Virus record (IMG/VR): IMGVR_UViG_3300027819_000007
Coordinates: 83,787 to 147,786 of that record
Source: a virus
Lineage: Duplodnaviria; Heunggongvirae; Uroviricota; Caudoviricetes
Length of the DNA: 64,000 nucleotides
Strand: one strand, 5' to 3'
In this document: one piece after another, positions 29,609 to 38,180 of the stretch
Layout: the number at the start of each line of letters is the position of its first letter
How positions within the stretch are numbered: the stretch's first letter is position 1
The notes under the pieces: model-generated
Told to the model about the DNA's origin: nothing
Databases searched by the model: none
The model's input: the letters and a program-made list of their open reading frames with translations, nothing else
Position numbers and translations under genes: made by a program

Positions 29609-29678
29609 TTGCAGACCCCGGAGTTGAACCGGGAAAGAGAAACTTATGAGGCTTCTCCAGGAACCGTCCAAGTCTGCG
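29609..29678 (-). tRNA. atypical tRNA-like gene, anticodon CAU (Met/Ile2-type) with C1:A72 mismatch and shortened D-arm
   Basis: Manual fold gives acceptor 5' cgcagac / 3' gtctgca, anticodon stem gaagc/gtttc, loop cucauaa, variable ucuuu, and T-arm cccgg-uucaacu-ccggg. The D-region is only 16 nt. Confidence 0.4.
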
Positions 29679-29683
29679 ATCAA

Positions 29684-29768
29684 TGACCAGAGTGGGACTC
29701 GAACCCACAAGCCCATAAAGAGCATCAGATCTTAAATCTGATGTGTTTCCCAATTTCACCATCTGGTC
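29684..29768 (-). tRNA. tRNA-Leu (anticodon UAA), type II with long variable arm
   Basis: Acceptor gaccaga/ucugguc, 3-bp D stem, anticodon loop uuuaaga, 16-nt variable arm, T-arm guggg-uucgagu-cccac. Confidence 0.7.
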
Positions 29769-29794
29769 ATAGACTGTTCTCAAGGTTTAAAGAA

Positions 29795-29866
29795 TGGGTT
29801 CAGTTGGAATTGAACCAACAACCGAAGGATTATGAGTCCTTTGCTCTACCATTGAGCTATGAACCC
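29795..29866 (-). tRNA. tRNA-Met/Ile2 (anticodon CAU), canonical
   Basis: Acceptor ggguuca/ugaaccc, D-arm gcuc-aauggua-gagc, anticodon arm aagga-cucauaa-uccuu, T-arm guugg-uucaauu-ccaac. Confidence 0.75.
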
Positions 29867-29869
29867 AAA

Positions 29870-29940
29870 GGCAACCCGCAGGATTCGAACCTACATCTTC
29901 CTCCGGAAAGGAGGTTGTCCTACCGTTAGACGAGGGTTAC
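29870..29940 (-). tRNA. tRNA-Glu-like (anticodon UUC)
   Basis: Acceptor guaaccc/ggguugc (one G-U), D-arm gucu-aacggua-ggac, anticodon loop cuuuccg, T-arm guagg-uucgaau-ccugc. The A27:A43 mismatch and C37 are slightly atypical. Confidence 0.55.
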
Positions 29941-30243
29941 GATAAAAAACTACTCCCACTTGCACCAGTCCAGGTCATCCCGTCTCTATCTCCCTCCTGT
30001 GGAGGTAATAACGACTTCGGGGTTTATAGACCCTTCTTCCCAATGTAGTTGAAAGTAGTTTGTCTATACAGAAGTATTAACATTCAACAACTTGCTAATG
30101 TATAAACAAAAATCTTGAGAATCCTGACAATAAAATAGAGATTCTCTGATTTCGTCAAGAATTTTAATCATATCTTTCTTACTCATAGATTCAAAATCTG
30201 GGCGACTTTCTTGTAAATCATTCATTACTTTATCTCTTCTTTC

Positions 30244-30519
30244 TTACAGTTCGTCTTCAGTCGCTTCTCGAAAATCTGAAGTATGCCTCATAACTTGAAT
30301 GTTACCGCTATCCATGTCTACTAACACGCAATGACCCGGAATGTTTCTTATTTCCGTGAGGAATATAAAGTGTTTCTGTCTTTTTTGTCCATACCCCAAA
30401 ACTCCGTAATATTTGATTCTGTCATATTCTGCTAGTTGGTTCCAATACTTCGGATTGAAGTTTTTGGGTTCAAACACCACCACCGTTCCAAGTTTGAATT
30501 TCTTTGGTTTCTTTTGCAT
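30244..30519 (-). CDS. hypothetical protein
   Basis: 91 aa basic ORF. Confidence 0.4.
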   Translation of the reverse strand: MQKKPKKFKLGTVVVFEPKNFNPKYWNQLAEYDRIKYYGVLGYGQKRQKHFIFLTEIRNIPGHCVLVDMDSGNIQVMRHTSDFREATEDEL

Positions 30520-30659
30520 GACTCATAACCTAGTGGTAAAATAAAGAGAAGTGTGGGATATGGTTTCCTTCGAGTTTTCTGCCGCCCTTAACTCCCCACT
30601 CCGGAGGAGCTACGAGTCGAAGCCGCTTCCCATTATGCGGATTCCCACACTTCTCTAAT

Positions 30660-30950
30660 TCAAAGACCCACCGAAGTTGCAATCTCCTCTACGATGGGTT
30701 TTAACTCTTCGTGGTCGTCGATGACAAAGTATGTAGACCCCTCATTGAAGATGACGTGGATCATAGTCACATCATTCTCTTCCGACCATCCCGCGTCCCA
30801 GGCATCACGAGCAGCCATGTTTTTGTAGATCATCGTCTCTGACACTAGCTCCGTATAAACAGCTTGTGGCCAGAATTTCTCAACCTCACTCATGATTGTT
30901 GGTATACTCAACGCTACCGGAATCTCTAGTTGACATCCATGAAGGTCCAT
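30660..30950 (-). CDS. hypothetical protein
   Basis: 96 aa ORF. Confidence 0.4.
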   Translation of the reverse strand: MDLHGCQLEIPVALSIPTIMSEVEKFWPQAVYTELVSETMIYKNMAARDAWDAGWSEENDVTMIHVIFNEGSTYFVIDDHEELKPIVEEIATSVGL

Positions 30951-30974
30951 AGTTGTACTCCTTGTTGATTTCCC

Positions 30975-31562
30975 TCACTTCTCGTAAGAGCGAGAGGATG
31001 GATTTGGACCATCATTCAGTGTCACCACTGGTTTTGCTATTAAACTACTCTCGCAGATAGGCACTACAGGATTTGAACCTGTGACCATTGATATGTAAGA
31101 CCAATGCTCTACCCACTGAGCTAAGTGCCTATTGAGAACCAGAAGACTTCCCCAACAGAGGTCCATTACGTTCTGTCGTAATCTCTTCAAATGGATTGAA
31201 GCTTGACACGAATTCATTCGTAAAACCCTACCGATACTCCAGATCGCAACCCAAAGTAACCTTGTGGTAGGAATACCAATGAACCGTCCATTCCAGTTAT
31301 CATTCTTAGTATTACGTGAATCCAAAGGAATGGCTAACCTCACCAAATGAGCTTCACATTCTGTAATGGCATTGTCAAGGGATAAGGCTAACCCATCAAA
31401 GCGGTCTTCATATTTTGGAGGAAATATCTTCCACTTCCAGCCCCCACGAGGACTGTCACACTCTTCGTCAAAGTAGACTTCCGCATAGTAAGGACGTCTC
31501 ACAATGCCCCGAACCATGTTGCCTAGTACCCACTCGTCCGGTTCATGTTGTTGCCAGATCAC
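30975..31562 (-). CDS. hypothetical protein; C-terminal part overlaps tRNA-Val
   Basis: 195 aa ORF. Its start overlaps the stop of the SPFH gene (ATGA), implying coupling. The last ~50 codons run through the tRNA-Val sequence. Confidence 0.4.
   Translation of the reverse strand: MIWQQHEPDEWVLGNMVRGIVRRPYYAEVYFDEECDSPRGGWKWKIFPPKYEDRFDGLALSLDNAITECEAHLVRLAIPLDSRNTKNDNWNGRFIGIPTTRLLWVAIWSIGRVLRMNSCQASIHLKRLRQNVMDLCWGSLLVLNRHLAQWVEHWSYISMVTGSNPVVPICESSLIAKPVVTLNDGPNPSSRSYEK
31058..31130 (-). tRNA. tRNA-Val (anticodon UAC)
   Basis: Acceptor aggcacu/agugccu, D-arm gcuc-agugggua-gagc, anticodon arm uuggu-cuuacau-aucaa, T-arm acagg-uucaaau-ccugu. Lies inside the 3' part of ORF 30975..31562. Confidence 0.75.
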
Positions 31563-31564
31563 AA

Positions 31565-32407
31565 CTACTCCTTCTTGTTCACTACTGATTTGATGATGGG
31601 CATTCCATCATTGCCTGTGGGGACATACACCACGGCACCAGGATGATTTTTCAATGCCTCTACCCAAAGATAGCGAATGTAGTTATCTGTGAGAGTCCCT
31701 TGAATGATTTTCTGAGCATCGGCAATACCACTTGCTTCTGCCCGCTTCCGATCTGCTTCTAATTTTTCCTTACGGATGGTAAACTCCATTTGTTGTGCAG
31801 CCTGGTCCATTGCCAATTTTTGCTCGATAGCTTTTTGCACTACAGAAGGAAGATCAACATCTCTTAGCAAAACTCTTTCCACAATAATTCCATCAGCCTC
31901 CAAAGAAGATTTTGTTTCAGTGAATAAAGAGTTTTCTATCTTCTGACGATTAGCAGTGAAAAGATCTTCTGCTCGATAATTGGAAGTAGCTTCTCGAACC
32001 AAAGATCGAAATACAGGAACAATAAGCACTTGATCGTATCTCTCCCCGTACTTCTGGAAAATGGCAGGGGCATCTTTTGGTTTGATGGAATAAAGGAGGG
32101 ACACTTCCAAATGCACCCCTAGACCATCTTTCGTGGGAACATCCCCCTCTGCTTTGTATTCCCATGTTCGTATTGATATTTTATGAACGGATTTAAGTGG
32201 ATTGATCCAGTTAAATCCTTCCTGAATAGGGTGATCATCCACTGCTCCAAAAGTGGTTAGAACACCCACATGACCAGCGGGAATGGTAGTCCAACTCTTC
32301 ATCAATATGATAAAGAGCAAAAGAAACACGGATGCCACACCAAATCCCAAACATCCAAAATAGAAATTTCCCTTTTCCATACCAAGCTCCTTTATGGTTT
32401 TTGCCAT
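31565..32407 (-). CDS. SPFH/band-7 (prohibitin/HflC-like) membrane protein
   Basis: 280 aa. N-terminal TM helix followed by an SPFH core ('VPTKDGLGVHLEVSLLYSI', 'YDQVLIVPVFRSLVREATSNYRAEDL', 'LRDVDLPSVVQKAIEQKLAMDQAAQQMEF..KEKLEADRKRAEA'). Confidence 0.75.
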   Translation of the reverse strand: MAKTIKELGMEKGNFYFGCLGFGVASVFLLLFIILMKSWTTIPAGHVGVLTTFGAVDDHPIQEGFNWINPLKSVHKISIRTWEYKAEGDVPTKDGLGVHLEVSLLYSIKPKDAPAIFQKYGERYDQVLIVPVFRSLVREATSNYRAEDLFTANRQKIENSLFTETKSSLEADGIIVERVLLRDVDLPSVVQKAIEQKLAMDQAAQQMEFTIRKEKLEADRKRAEASGIADAQKIIQGTLTDNYIRYLWVEALKNHPGAVVYVPTGNDGMPIIKSVVNKKE

Positions 32408-33126
32408 CTTATCATGAGAACCATCAAATGAATTTCATCTGGTTCCCCTTCATTTCCCACCCGTGCTTCCATCACATCCCCTATTTCAATAGCTTTTGAG
32501 ATTCCAAATTCGTCAACTACAATTCCTGCTGTCTCCGGATTCATGTGGAAGTCTCCTTCCTTGGGACTACCCCATGTAACCACATCCATTGTCAGGAGAG
32601 CAGTTCCTCCTGGTTTAAGGACTCGTTTGGCCTCTTTTACGCATTGTGCATACTTACTTGAATGAACATGCTCCAGGACGGAACAGTTGACATAGCGGTC
32701 AAAAGTCTCATCAGGAAAAGGTAGTTCACACATATCACCTTGGGTTTGCTTGATGTTATCAAAACCAATCTGGTCAATGGTAACTTGAGCCTTCTTGATG
32801 AACTCTGGATTGATTTCCAAACAATCTACCCAATGAGTTCTAGTTGCCATAGCAAACTTCAAAATACTCCAACCACTTCCTATGTCCAGCACTCGATGAT
32901 GTTGTTGAAAATCTCCTTCCCTCAATATCCAAGGCCACTCTCGTTGTCTACTCCAGTGCATAGGAGAGGGAGTATTGGCGAAAACTACGTTAGCCAAAGC
33001 TCCTCGTGCAAAAATACAGGAAATAGGACAAATCATTTCATAAGACAGAAGTTCTCGAATAAGAGGATAATCCTCATCCAAACATGGACCTGCTAGAGCA
33101 GCATAAGAGGTTGGTTTAATGATCAT
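32392..33126 (-). CDS. class I SAM-dependent methyltransferase
   Basis: 244 aa. 'VLDIGSGWS' and 'LKPGGTALLTMD' motifs. Confidence 0.6.
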   Translation of the reverse strand: MIIKPTSYAALAGPCLDEDYPLIRELLSYEMICPISCIFARGALANVVFANTPSPMHWSRQREWPWILREGDFQQHHRVLDIGSGWSILKFAMATRTHWVDCLEINPEFIKKAQVTIDQIGFDNIKQTQGDMCELPFPDETFDRYVNCSVLEHVHSSKYAQCVKEAKRVLKPGGTALLTMDVVTWGSPKEGDFHMNPETAGIVVDEFGISKAIEIGDVMEARVGNEGEPDEIHLMVLMIRWQKP

Positions 33127-33127
33127 G

Positions 33128-33952
33128 TCAAATTCCTGAAATTCGTTTACGTTCTTCTACCAAGTTCCATGGATTGGGAGAAGGTACTTCCCACTTTGGT
33201 TCTTCCGGAGCACTTGAGATATGAGTAATCCTCCACATCCCTTCATTTCCGAGGGGAGAAAGTTCCTGGGGAGTATCCCATACTCGATGGTCTACCATGT
33301 GACAAACAGCAATTTCCTGATCGACTTCTAGTTTGTATCCTAACATTTTTGCCTGAGCCATCTTGCTGGTTACGGGCCAGCAATGACAATGATCTGCTCT
33401 TTCATCCACTCCATTGATAATATCGAAAAAGTCTCTGGTGATACTTACGTAAAAGGTCTCCCACTCTCTTGGAACCCAAGGCCACTTGGGAATCAAGGGA
33501 GGGGGGATTTTCCAGGTAGAGAAGTCATCAACCAGAGTTGGTTTAGGTGTTTCGTAAACAATGGCTGATCCGGAGATAAGAGTCTTGTCATCAAACTGTT
33601 TATGAAGATGGTCCCATGCCCTGATCCAGTAGGGAGGCAGCCAGGTATAATCACTGACAAAGACAATCCTTTCTCCTCTGCAATGGAGGAGAGCACTGTT
33701 CCAGGCGTTGCACAATCCGCCTTTCACATTGGAGTAAAACTTGTTTTTACTTTTGCGATAACAAGTAAGTGGTAATCCCATTGAGAGGATTCTTTTCTCA
33801 ACAACTCCTCGTTCAACTCTACCAGGATAATCATCGATGACAATGAATTCCCACTCGATTGTTTGATCGGTTCCTTGCAAAGTTTCTTGCAAGGAATGAC
33901 AAAGAATGTCAAATCCTCCAGGTCGGTAGCTGCACAGCACCAAAGAAATCAT
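33128..33952 (-). CDS. putative glycosyltransferase (GT-A fold)
   Basis: 274 aa. N-terminal 'ISLVLCSYRPGG' and a 'FIVIDDYPG' DxD-like region, as in family-2 glycosyltransferases. Confidence 0.45.
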   Translation of the reverse strand: MISLVLCSYRPGGFDILCHSLQETLQGTDQTIEWEFIVIDDYPGRVERGVVEKRILSMGLPLTCYRKSKNKFYSNVKGGLCNAWNSALLHCRGERIVFVSDYTWLPPYWIRAWDHLHKQFDDKTLISGSAIVYETPKPTLVDDFSTWKIPPPLIPKWPWVPREWETFYVSITRDFFDIINGVDERADHCHCWPVTSKMAQAKMLGYKLEVDQEIAVCHMVDHRVWDTPQELSPLGNEGMWRITHISSAPEEPKWEVPSPNPWNLVEERKRISGI

Positions 33953-34494
33953 GACTTGTTTTCTCTCAATTTCTTCAAAGCTCTGGACAGAGCCTTTTCT
34001 GCTTCCACTCGATTGATGTAAGAACGAGCATAGTTACTATGGGACAGATTGTCGTTCCATTTCCCATTGTTCCGACCGTCCACAATATATCCATCAAGGT
34101 ACTGAAATAGACTCAATGCAATACACCATTCTCCGTGAACATGGTAATCTTTTCTGGTTGTCAATCCTATCCTAACGACGGGGAGTTTTTTGGAATCGGG
34201 GAAAATCCAAAAACATCGTTCCATACCAGCACAAAACCAAGTAGCTTCATCTCCAGAACCCAATCCCAACGCACATGGGGGGCCAGGCATGACTTTGAGG
34301 TTAGCGAGATAGCGTTGTCCTTCTGCTTCATCTTGAAGATACTTCTCCTCCAGCCAATCTGAGTATACTAAGCGAGATTCCCAATCGTCAGGATGTTGGT
34401 CAAAATGTTGTTCCCATTCCCAAGCATACATGGTAGTGAAATCTCCTCCCGTGGTCCATTTCCAGGTGTCCACTACGAAGGTGATGAAACTCAT
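33949..34494 (-). CDS. protein with 'RLVYSDWLEE' repeat-companion-like motif
   Basis: 181 aa containing 'ESRLVYSDWLEEKYLQDEAEGQRYLANLK'. Confidence 0.45.
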   Translation of the reverse strand: MSFITFVVDTWKWTTGGDFTTMYAWEWEQHFDQHPDDWESRLVYSDWLEEKYLQDEAEGQRYLANLKVMPGPPCALGLGSGDEATWFCAGMERCFWIFPDSKKLPVVRIGLTTRKDYHVHGEWCIALSLFQYLDGYIVDGRNNGKWNDNLSHSNYARSYINRVEAEKALSRALKKLRENKS

Positions 34495-34506
34495 CTAACA
34501 AATCCT

Positions 34507-35757
34507 TTATTCGATGATTTTAGGTATTGGAAGAGGAACTATAAATTTTCCTCGATACCCTTTCTTCTTGAGGTTCTTCATCAACTCATCGGCAATGTGC
34601 CAGGAGAGAAGAAGGACATACTCTGGTTGGTCATCTTCAAAAATACATTCTTGATCGTAAATGGGAACTCGCGTCCCAGGTAAGTAATGTCCCAACTTGG
34701 GAGACTGTGGGACTTCCACAATGCAGTCCAGAATGTTTTCATCTAACCCTAGGAAGTGAACTAAAGTAACTGCTCGGCTAGGTGCTCCTACTCCGTAAAG
34801 TCCACTCTCCATTGTGTGCTTGGCTAGCAGTTGGAATAGTTCCATCTTGGCTCTTGCTACTCGTTGACGGAAAGTAGTCCACACATCTTCTGTAAAGAAT
34901 GCCTTTTCTTCATCAAAAAGAGACATCCATTGAGAAGGACACTTGTGATGATCATAAGTAGCCTCTTTCTTCTGAGCATAGACGCGGAGACTTCCTCCAT
35001 GAGTGGGAATCTTCTTGACGTAAGTAATTTCCAACCCATGCTGGTCGAAGAGATATTTCAAGCTGGTGAGGGAATAAAAACGTCTATGTTCGTGATACAA
35101 ACAATCATATTGCAAGTTCTCTATCAGTGAAGGGAGGTAGTGGTTTTCACAAATAAAGACCCCATCATCACTCATCAATCTCCTGATATTTTCCACTACC
35201 TCATTGATGTTTGGCATGTGAGCAAAACAGTTTGTACAAGTGACTACATCAGCTTTCCCGATATTGTTCACGATCTCATCGACCACTTTGGAGGAGAAGA
35301 ACTTGTTGATGGTAGGAATACCTTGCTGTTTGCTCTCCTCTGCGGCTCCTGTCGGTTCGATGTTGATACAGTAGAATCCTGCTTGGTGAAAGTTGGATAG
35401 TAAATTTCCATCGTTGCCGCCTAAATCTACAATCACATCCCCTTTCCCAAGATGGGGGAAGAGAAAGTCTACCTCTTGAAACAACTCCTTGAAGTTATCC
35501 TTGAGGATTTTGGTTGTGGAACTACGATAAGCATATTCTTTTGGGAAGAGAATCTCTGGATCAACTTCTACGGAAAGTTGAACTAACTTGCAGTGTTGAC
35601 ACTCTAGCAATTCTGTAGGATAGAATACCTCTTCAGGAGGGAGCGGTTCTCCTATCTCCCTCATCGTATTGACAGGAGGAAGCCACCCTACATGGAATAC
35701 TGACTCCGGAAAGCGAGTAGCACACATCTGACATTGAGTAACTTGTGTTGCTTGCAT
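34507..35757 (-). CDS. NDP-sugar C-methyltransferase (TylCIII-like: Zn-binding N-domain + SAM MTase + C-terminal domain)
   Basis: 416 aa. N-terminal 'CQMC...CQHC', 'VIVDLGGNDGNLL', and a C-terminal domain typical of hexose C-methyltransferases. Confidence 0.6.
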   Translation of the reverse strand: MQATQVTQCQMCATRFPESVFHVGWLPPVNTMREIGEPLPPEEVFYPTELLECQHCKLVQLSVEVDPEILFPKEYAYRSSTTKILKDNFKELFQEVDFLFPHLGKGDVIVDLGGNDGNLLSNFHQAGFYCINIEPTGAAEESKQQGIPTINKFFSSKVVDEIVNNIGKADVVTCTNCFAHMPNINEVVENIRRLMSDDGVFICENHYLPSLIENLQYDCLYHEHRRFYSLTSLKYLFDQHGLEITYVKKIPTHGGSLRVYAQKKEATYDHHKCPSQWMSLFDEEKAFFTEDVWTTFRQRVARAKMELFQLLAKHTMESGLYGVGAPSRAVTLVHFLGLDENILDCIVEVPQSPKLGHYLPGTRVPIYDQECIFEDDQPEYVLLLSWHIADELMKNLKKKGYRGKFIVPLPIPKIIE

Positions 35758-35758
35758 A

Positions 35759-36757
35759 TTAGCATTCCTTTCTTTCCAAAGGGTGTTCCAGATACCAAAG
35801 GATTGTCTTTCTTAACCCTTCTTCTAACATTACTTTTGGTTCCCAACCAAGTGCTTTTAATTTGGAAATATTAGGACAACGATAAGGAGTGCTTCCACTA
35901 GGGGATTGAGTATGAATAATCTCTCTTACTGGCTTGTTCATGATTAAGGCTATCCTCAACAACAAGGATTCCATACTCACCACTTCATCGGTTCCCACAT
36001 TGTAGATATTCCTATGCTCACCTTTTTCCAGGATAGTAAGAATTCCACTTACCGCATCATCAACATAACAAAATGCTCTGGTTTCCTTCCCACTCCCTTG
36101 AATCTTCTTTGCGGTACGGGGGTTAGATACTTCTCGTATCAGTTGAGGGATTACATGATCCCATCCCGCGTCGGGGCCGTAGCAGTTATGTGGTCTAATG
36201 ATTAACATCTTGTTGAAATCTTCACTTTTGTAGTGAAGAGCAAACATCTCCGAGATGATCTTGCTAGCCGCATAACTGTACCGTGGATTCTGAGGATAAG
36301 GAATCGTTAGGGGAACTTCTTCATGAGCAGGATAAACAGGAGGAGTTTGATAAACCTCCGATGAGGAGGCAATGAGGAGTTCTCCTACTCCATGCTCCAC
36401 ACAAGCATCCATGACGTTGATGATCCCTTTGGTGCCTACTTCCAACACACGGGATGGGTAGTCGTAGAAGTTTTTCGTCCCATTGATAGCAGCAAGGTGA
36501 ATCACTGCATCATGTCCTTTTACTGCTGTTTTGACTACGTTATAGTCACAAATATCCCCATAGAAGAAACACACATCCTGTCCATTTAATCTACTGCGGG
36601 AGCCACGGGAGTAGTTGTCGAAGGTACTGACAGCATGACCTTGTTGAAGTAGTGTTTTGACCAACGGGGTTGCGAGTGAGCCACAACCCCCGGTAATAAG
36701 ATAGCGTTTCATTAACGAACCCCCGCTGCAAAATCCTTTTCGGAAATGAACCTCCAT
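35759..36757 (-). CDS. NAD-dependent sugar epimerase/4,6-dehydratase (SDR family)
   Basis: 332 aa. 'ITGGCGSLATPLVKTLL' Rossmann motif and the 'YAASKIISEM' YxxxK catalytic motif. Confidence 0.7.
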   Translation of the reverse strand: MEVHFRKGFCSGGSLMKRYLITGGCGSLATPLVKTLLQQGHAVSTFDNYSRGSRSRLNGQDVCFFYGDICDYNVVKTAVKGHDAVIHLAAINGTKNFYDYPSRVLEVGTKGIINVMDACVEHGVGELLIASSSEVYQTPPVYPAHEEVPLTIPYPQNPRYSYAASKIISEMFALHYKSEDFNKMLIIRPHNCYGPDAGWDHVIPQLIREVSNPRTAKKIQGSGKETRAFCYVDDAVSGILTILEKGEHRNIYNVGTDEVVSMESLLLRIALIMNKPVREIIHTQSPSGSTPYRCPNISKLKALGWEPKVMLEEGLRKTILWYLEHPLERKEC

Positions 36758-37089
36758 GCAGCCCGTAGAGCATGGGACATATCCTCACTGCTGCCAGACT
36801 GAGGAAGTCCAAATTGTTTGGAGCAAGCCTCTCCGATATTCCCTACCATAATGTAATCGTCTGCACGAATATTAAGTTTCAATCCATGAAGAAAGTAATC
36901 TTTGGAAAGGAAAGATTGCCCCAGGAAGGATACTCGCTTGTGCCAATCAGGAAGTTGGCAAAATACGTGCATGTTCCCACAGATTCCAACAATATCCCCT
37001 TGTTGTCGAAGCTCCTCCATAGATTCCAAAGTAACAGGACCATTGGAGATAACTAAAGTTTCGTCAACGCCAAACGCCCAACATCGCAT
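36712..37089 (-). CDS. hypothetical protein (sugar-pathway accessory?)
   Basis: 125 aa ORF inside the sugar cluster; no secure motif. Confidence 0.35.
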   Translation of the reverse strand: MRCWAFGVDETLVISNGPVTLESMEELRQQGDIVGICGNMHVFCQLPDWHKRVSFLGQSFLSKDYFLHGLKLNIRADDYIMVGNIGEACSKQFGLPQSGSSEDMSHALRAAWRFISEKDFAAGVR

Positions 37090-37092
37090 AAT

Positions 37093-37737
37093 TTATTCCT
37101 CACATGGGATAATTTTGTATTTCTTCCCGCTAATCGTAATTTGAGCATGATGCTTAGGGTGACAGGTCAACGCCCGGATAACTATTTTGGATGAATCTGG
37201 GATAGATATTTCCTCACAAAGAGGAGATTTTTTGTAGTATCTTCCTTCCCCTTTATTTTGAGGAGTAGAAGGAATCTCCTCCCCGTTCAAAATCCTTGGA
37301 ACCCATTTGATGAAGAGTTCCTTGAGCAGTTGATGAGAAATTTTTACCAAATCTCCCGATGTGTGATGATTCTCTATAGGGAATTTCTTGACCTCAATGA
37401 TAGGCCCGGTATCATACTCCGGAGCCATGTAGTGGAGGGTAGCTCCAAACTCCTTCTCTCCGTTGATGATAGCATGGTAAGCAAGGTTCCTTCCTTTATA
37501 CTCTGGGAGGGGGGCAGGATGGAAGTTGAGCCAACGGTAAGGAATAGTAAACTCACTAGAAGGAATCTTGTGAGTGGCCAGAAAATTCACTCCTAAGTCA
37601 TAGGGGGGAATCTTGGACCAGTCCTTGATGTGGTAATCATTACACCCTTCAAAGACCACTTCTCCACCAATCCAACGTAGATGATGATACATCTCCCATC
37701 CAAGATCGGTATTGGCAAGGTAAAGAACTCTGGTCAT
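37093..37737 (-). CDS. sugar N-formyltransferase (formyl_transf_N family)
   Basis: 214 aa. 'LNFHPAPLPEYKGRN...HYMAPEYDTGPII' matches the formyltransferase catalytic motif (N.H.S.LP...G, His, Asp). Confidence 0.65.
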   Translation of the reverse strand: MTRVLYLANTDLGWEMYHHLRWIGGEVVFEGCNDYHIKDWSKIPPYDLGVNFLATHKIPSSEFTIPYRWLNFHPAPLPEYKGRNLAYHAIINGEKEFGATLHYMAPEYDTGPIIEVKKFPIENHHTSGDLVKISHQLLKELFIKWVPRILNGEEIPSTPQNKGEGRYYKKSPLCEEISIPDSSKIVIRALTCHPKHHAQITISGKKYKIIPCEE

Positions 37738-38180
37738 TACTCCCTCTCTACCAGAAATCGAATATCATGTAGGGCAATTTGGAAGTCTAATTCTGTAGGA
37801 TTCTTGACAATGTTGATGGCTCGATCATCCACCAAGGCAGCAAAGAAAGGCTTCCCCTGACCAGCGTAGATAGAGTCATAACTGAACCCATGCTGGTCTA
37901 ACCATTCTTTAACACGAAGAGTTAGCTTATCTACTGTATCTCCCTCTTCTCGACCAAACATATCTACTTTGGTTCTGGTAGTGAAGATCATTACCGAGTA
38001 GGTTTCACTCAACTTTTTGGTGAACTCCACTGCTCCTGGTCTGGGTTCCCCGAAGTGATCAGAACCCTTCCAGGTATCGTAGTGAGCTAATACTCCATCT
38101 ACATCCAAGGCAATAGTCTTTTTGTGCTTCTTGTCCATTTCCTTTGCTTTCTCTAATATTTCCTGATTGGTCATCACCAT
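37737..38180 (-). CDS. HAD-superfamily phosphatase/5'-nucleotidase-like
   Basis: 147 aa. 'IALDVDGVLA' matches HAD motif I. Confidence 0.5.
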   Translation of the reverse strand: MVMTNQEILEKAKEMDKKHKKTIALDVDGVLAHYDTWKGSDHFGEPRPGAVEFTKKLSETYSVMIFTTRTKVDMFGREEGDTVDKLTLRVKEWLDQHGFSYDSIYAGQGKPFFAALVDDRAINIVKNPTELDFQIALHDIRFLVERE

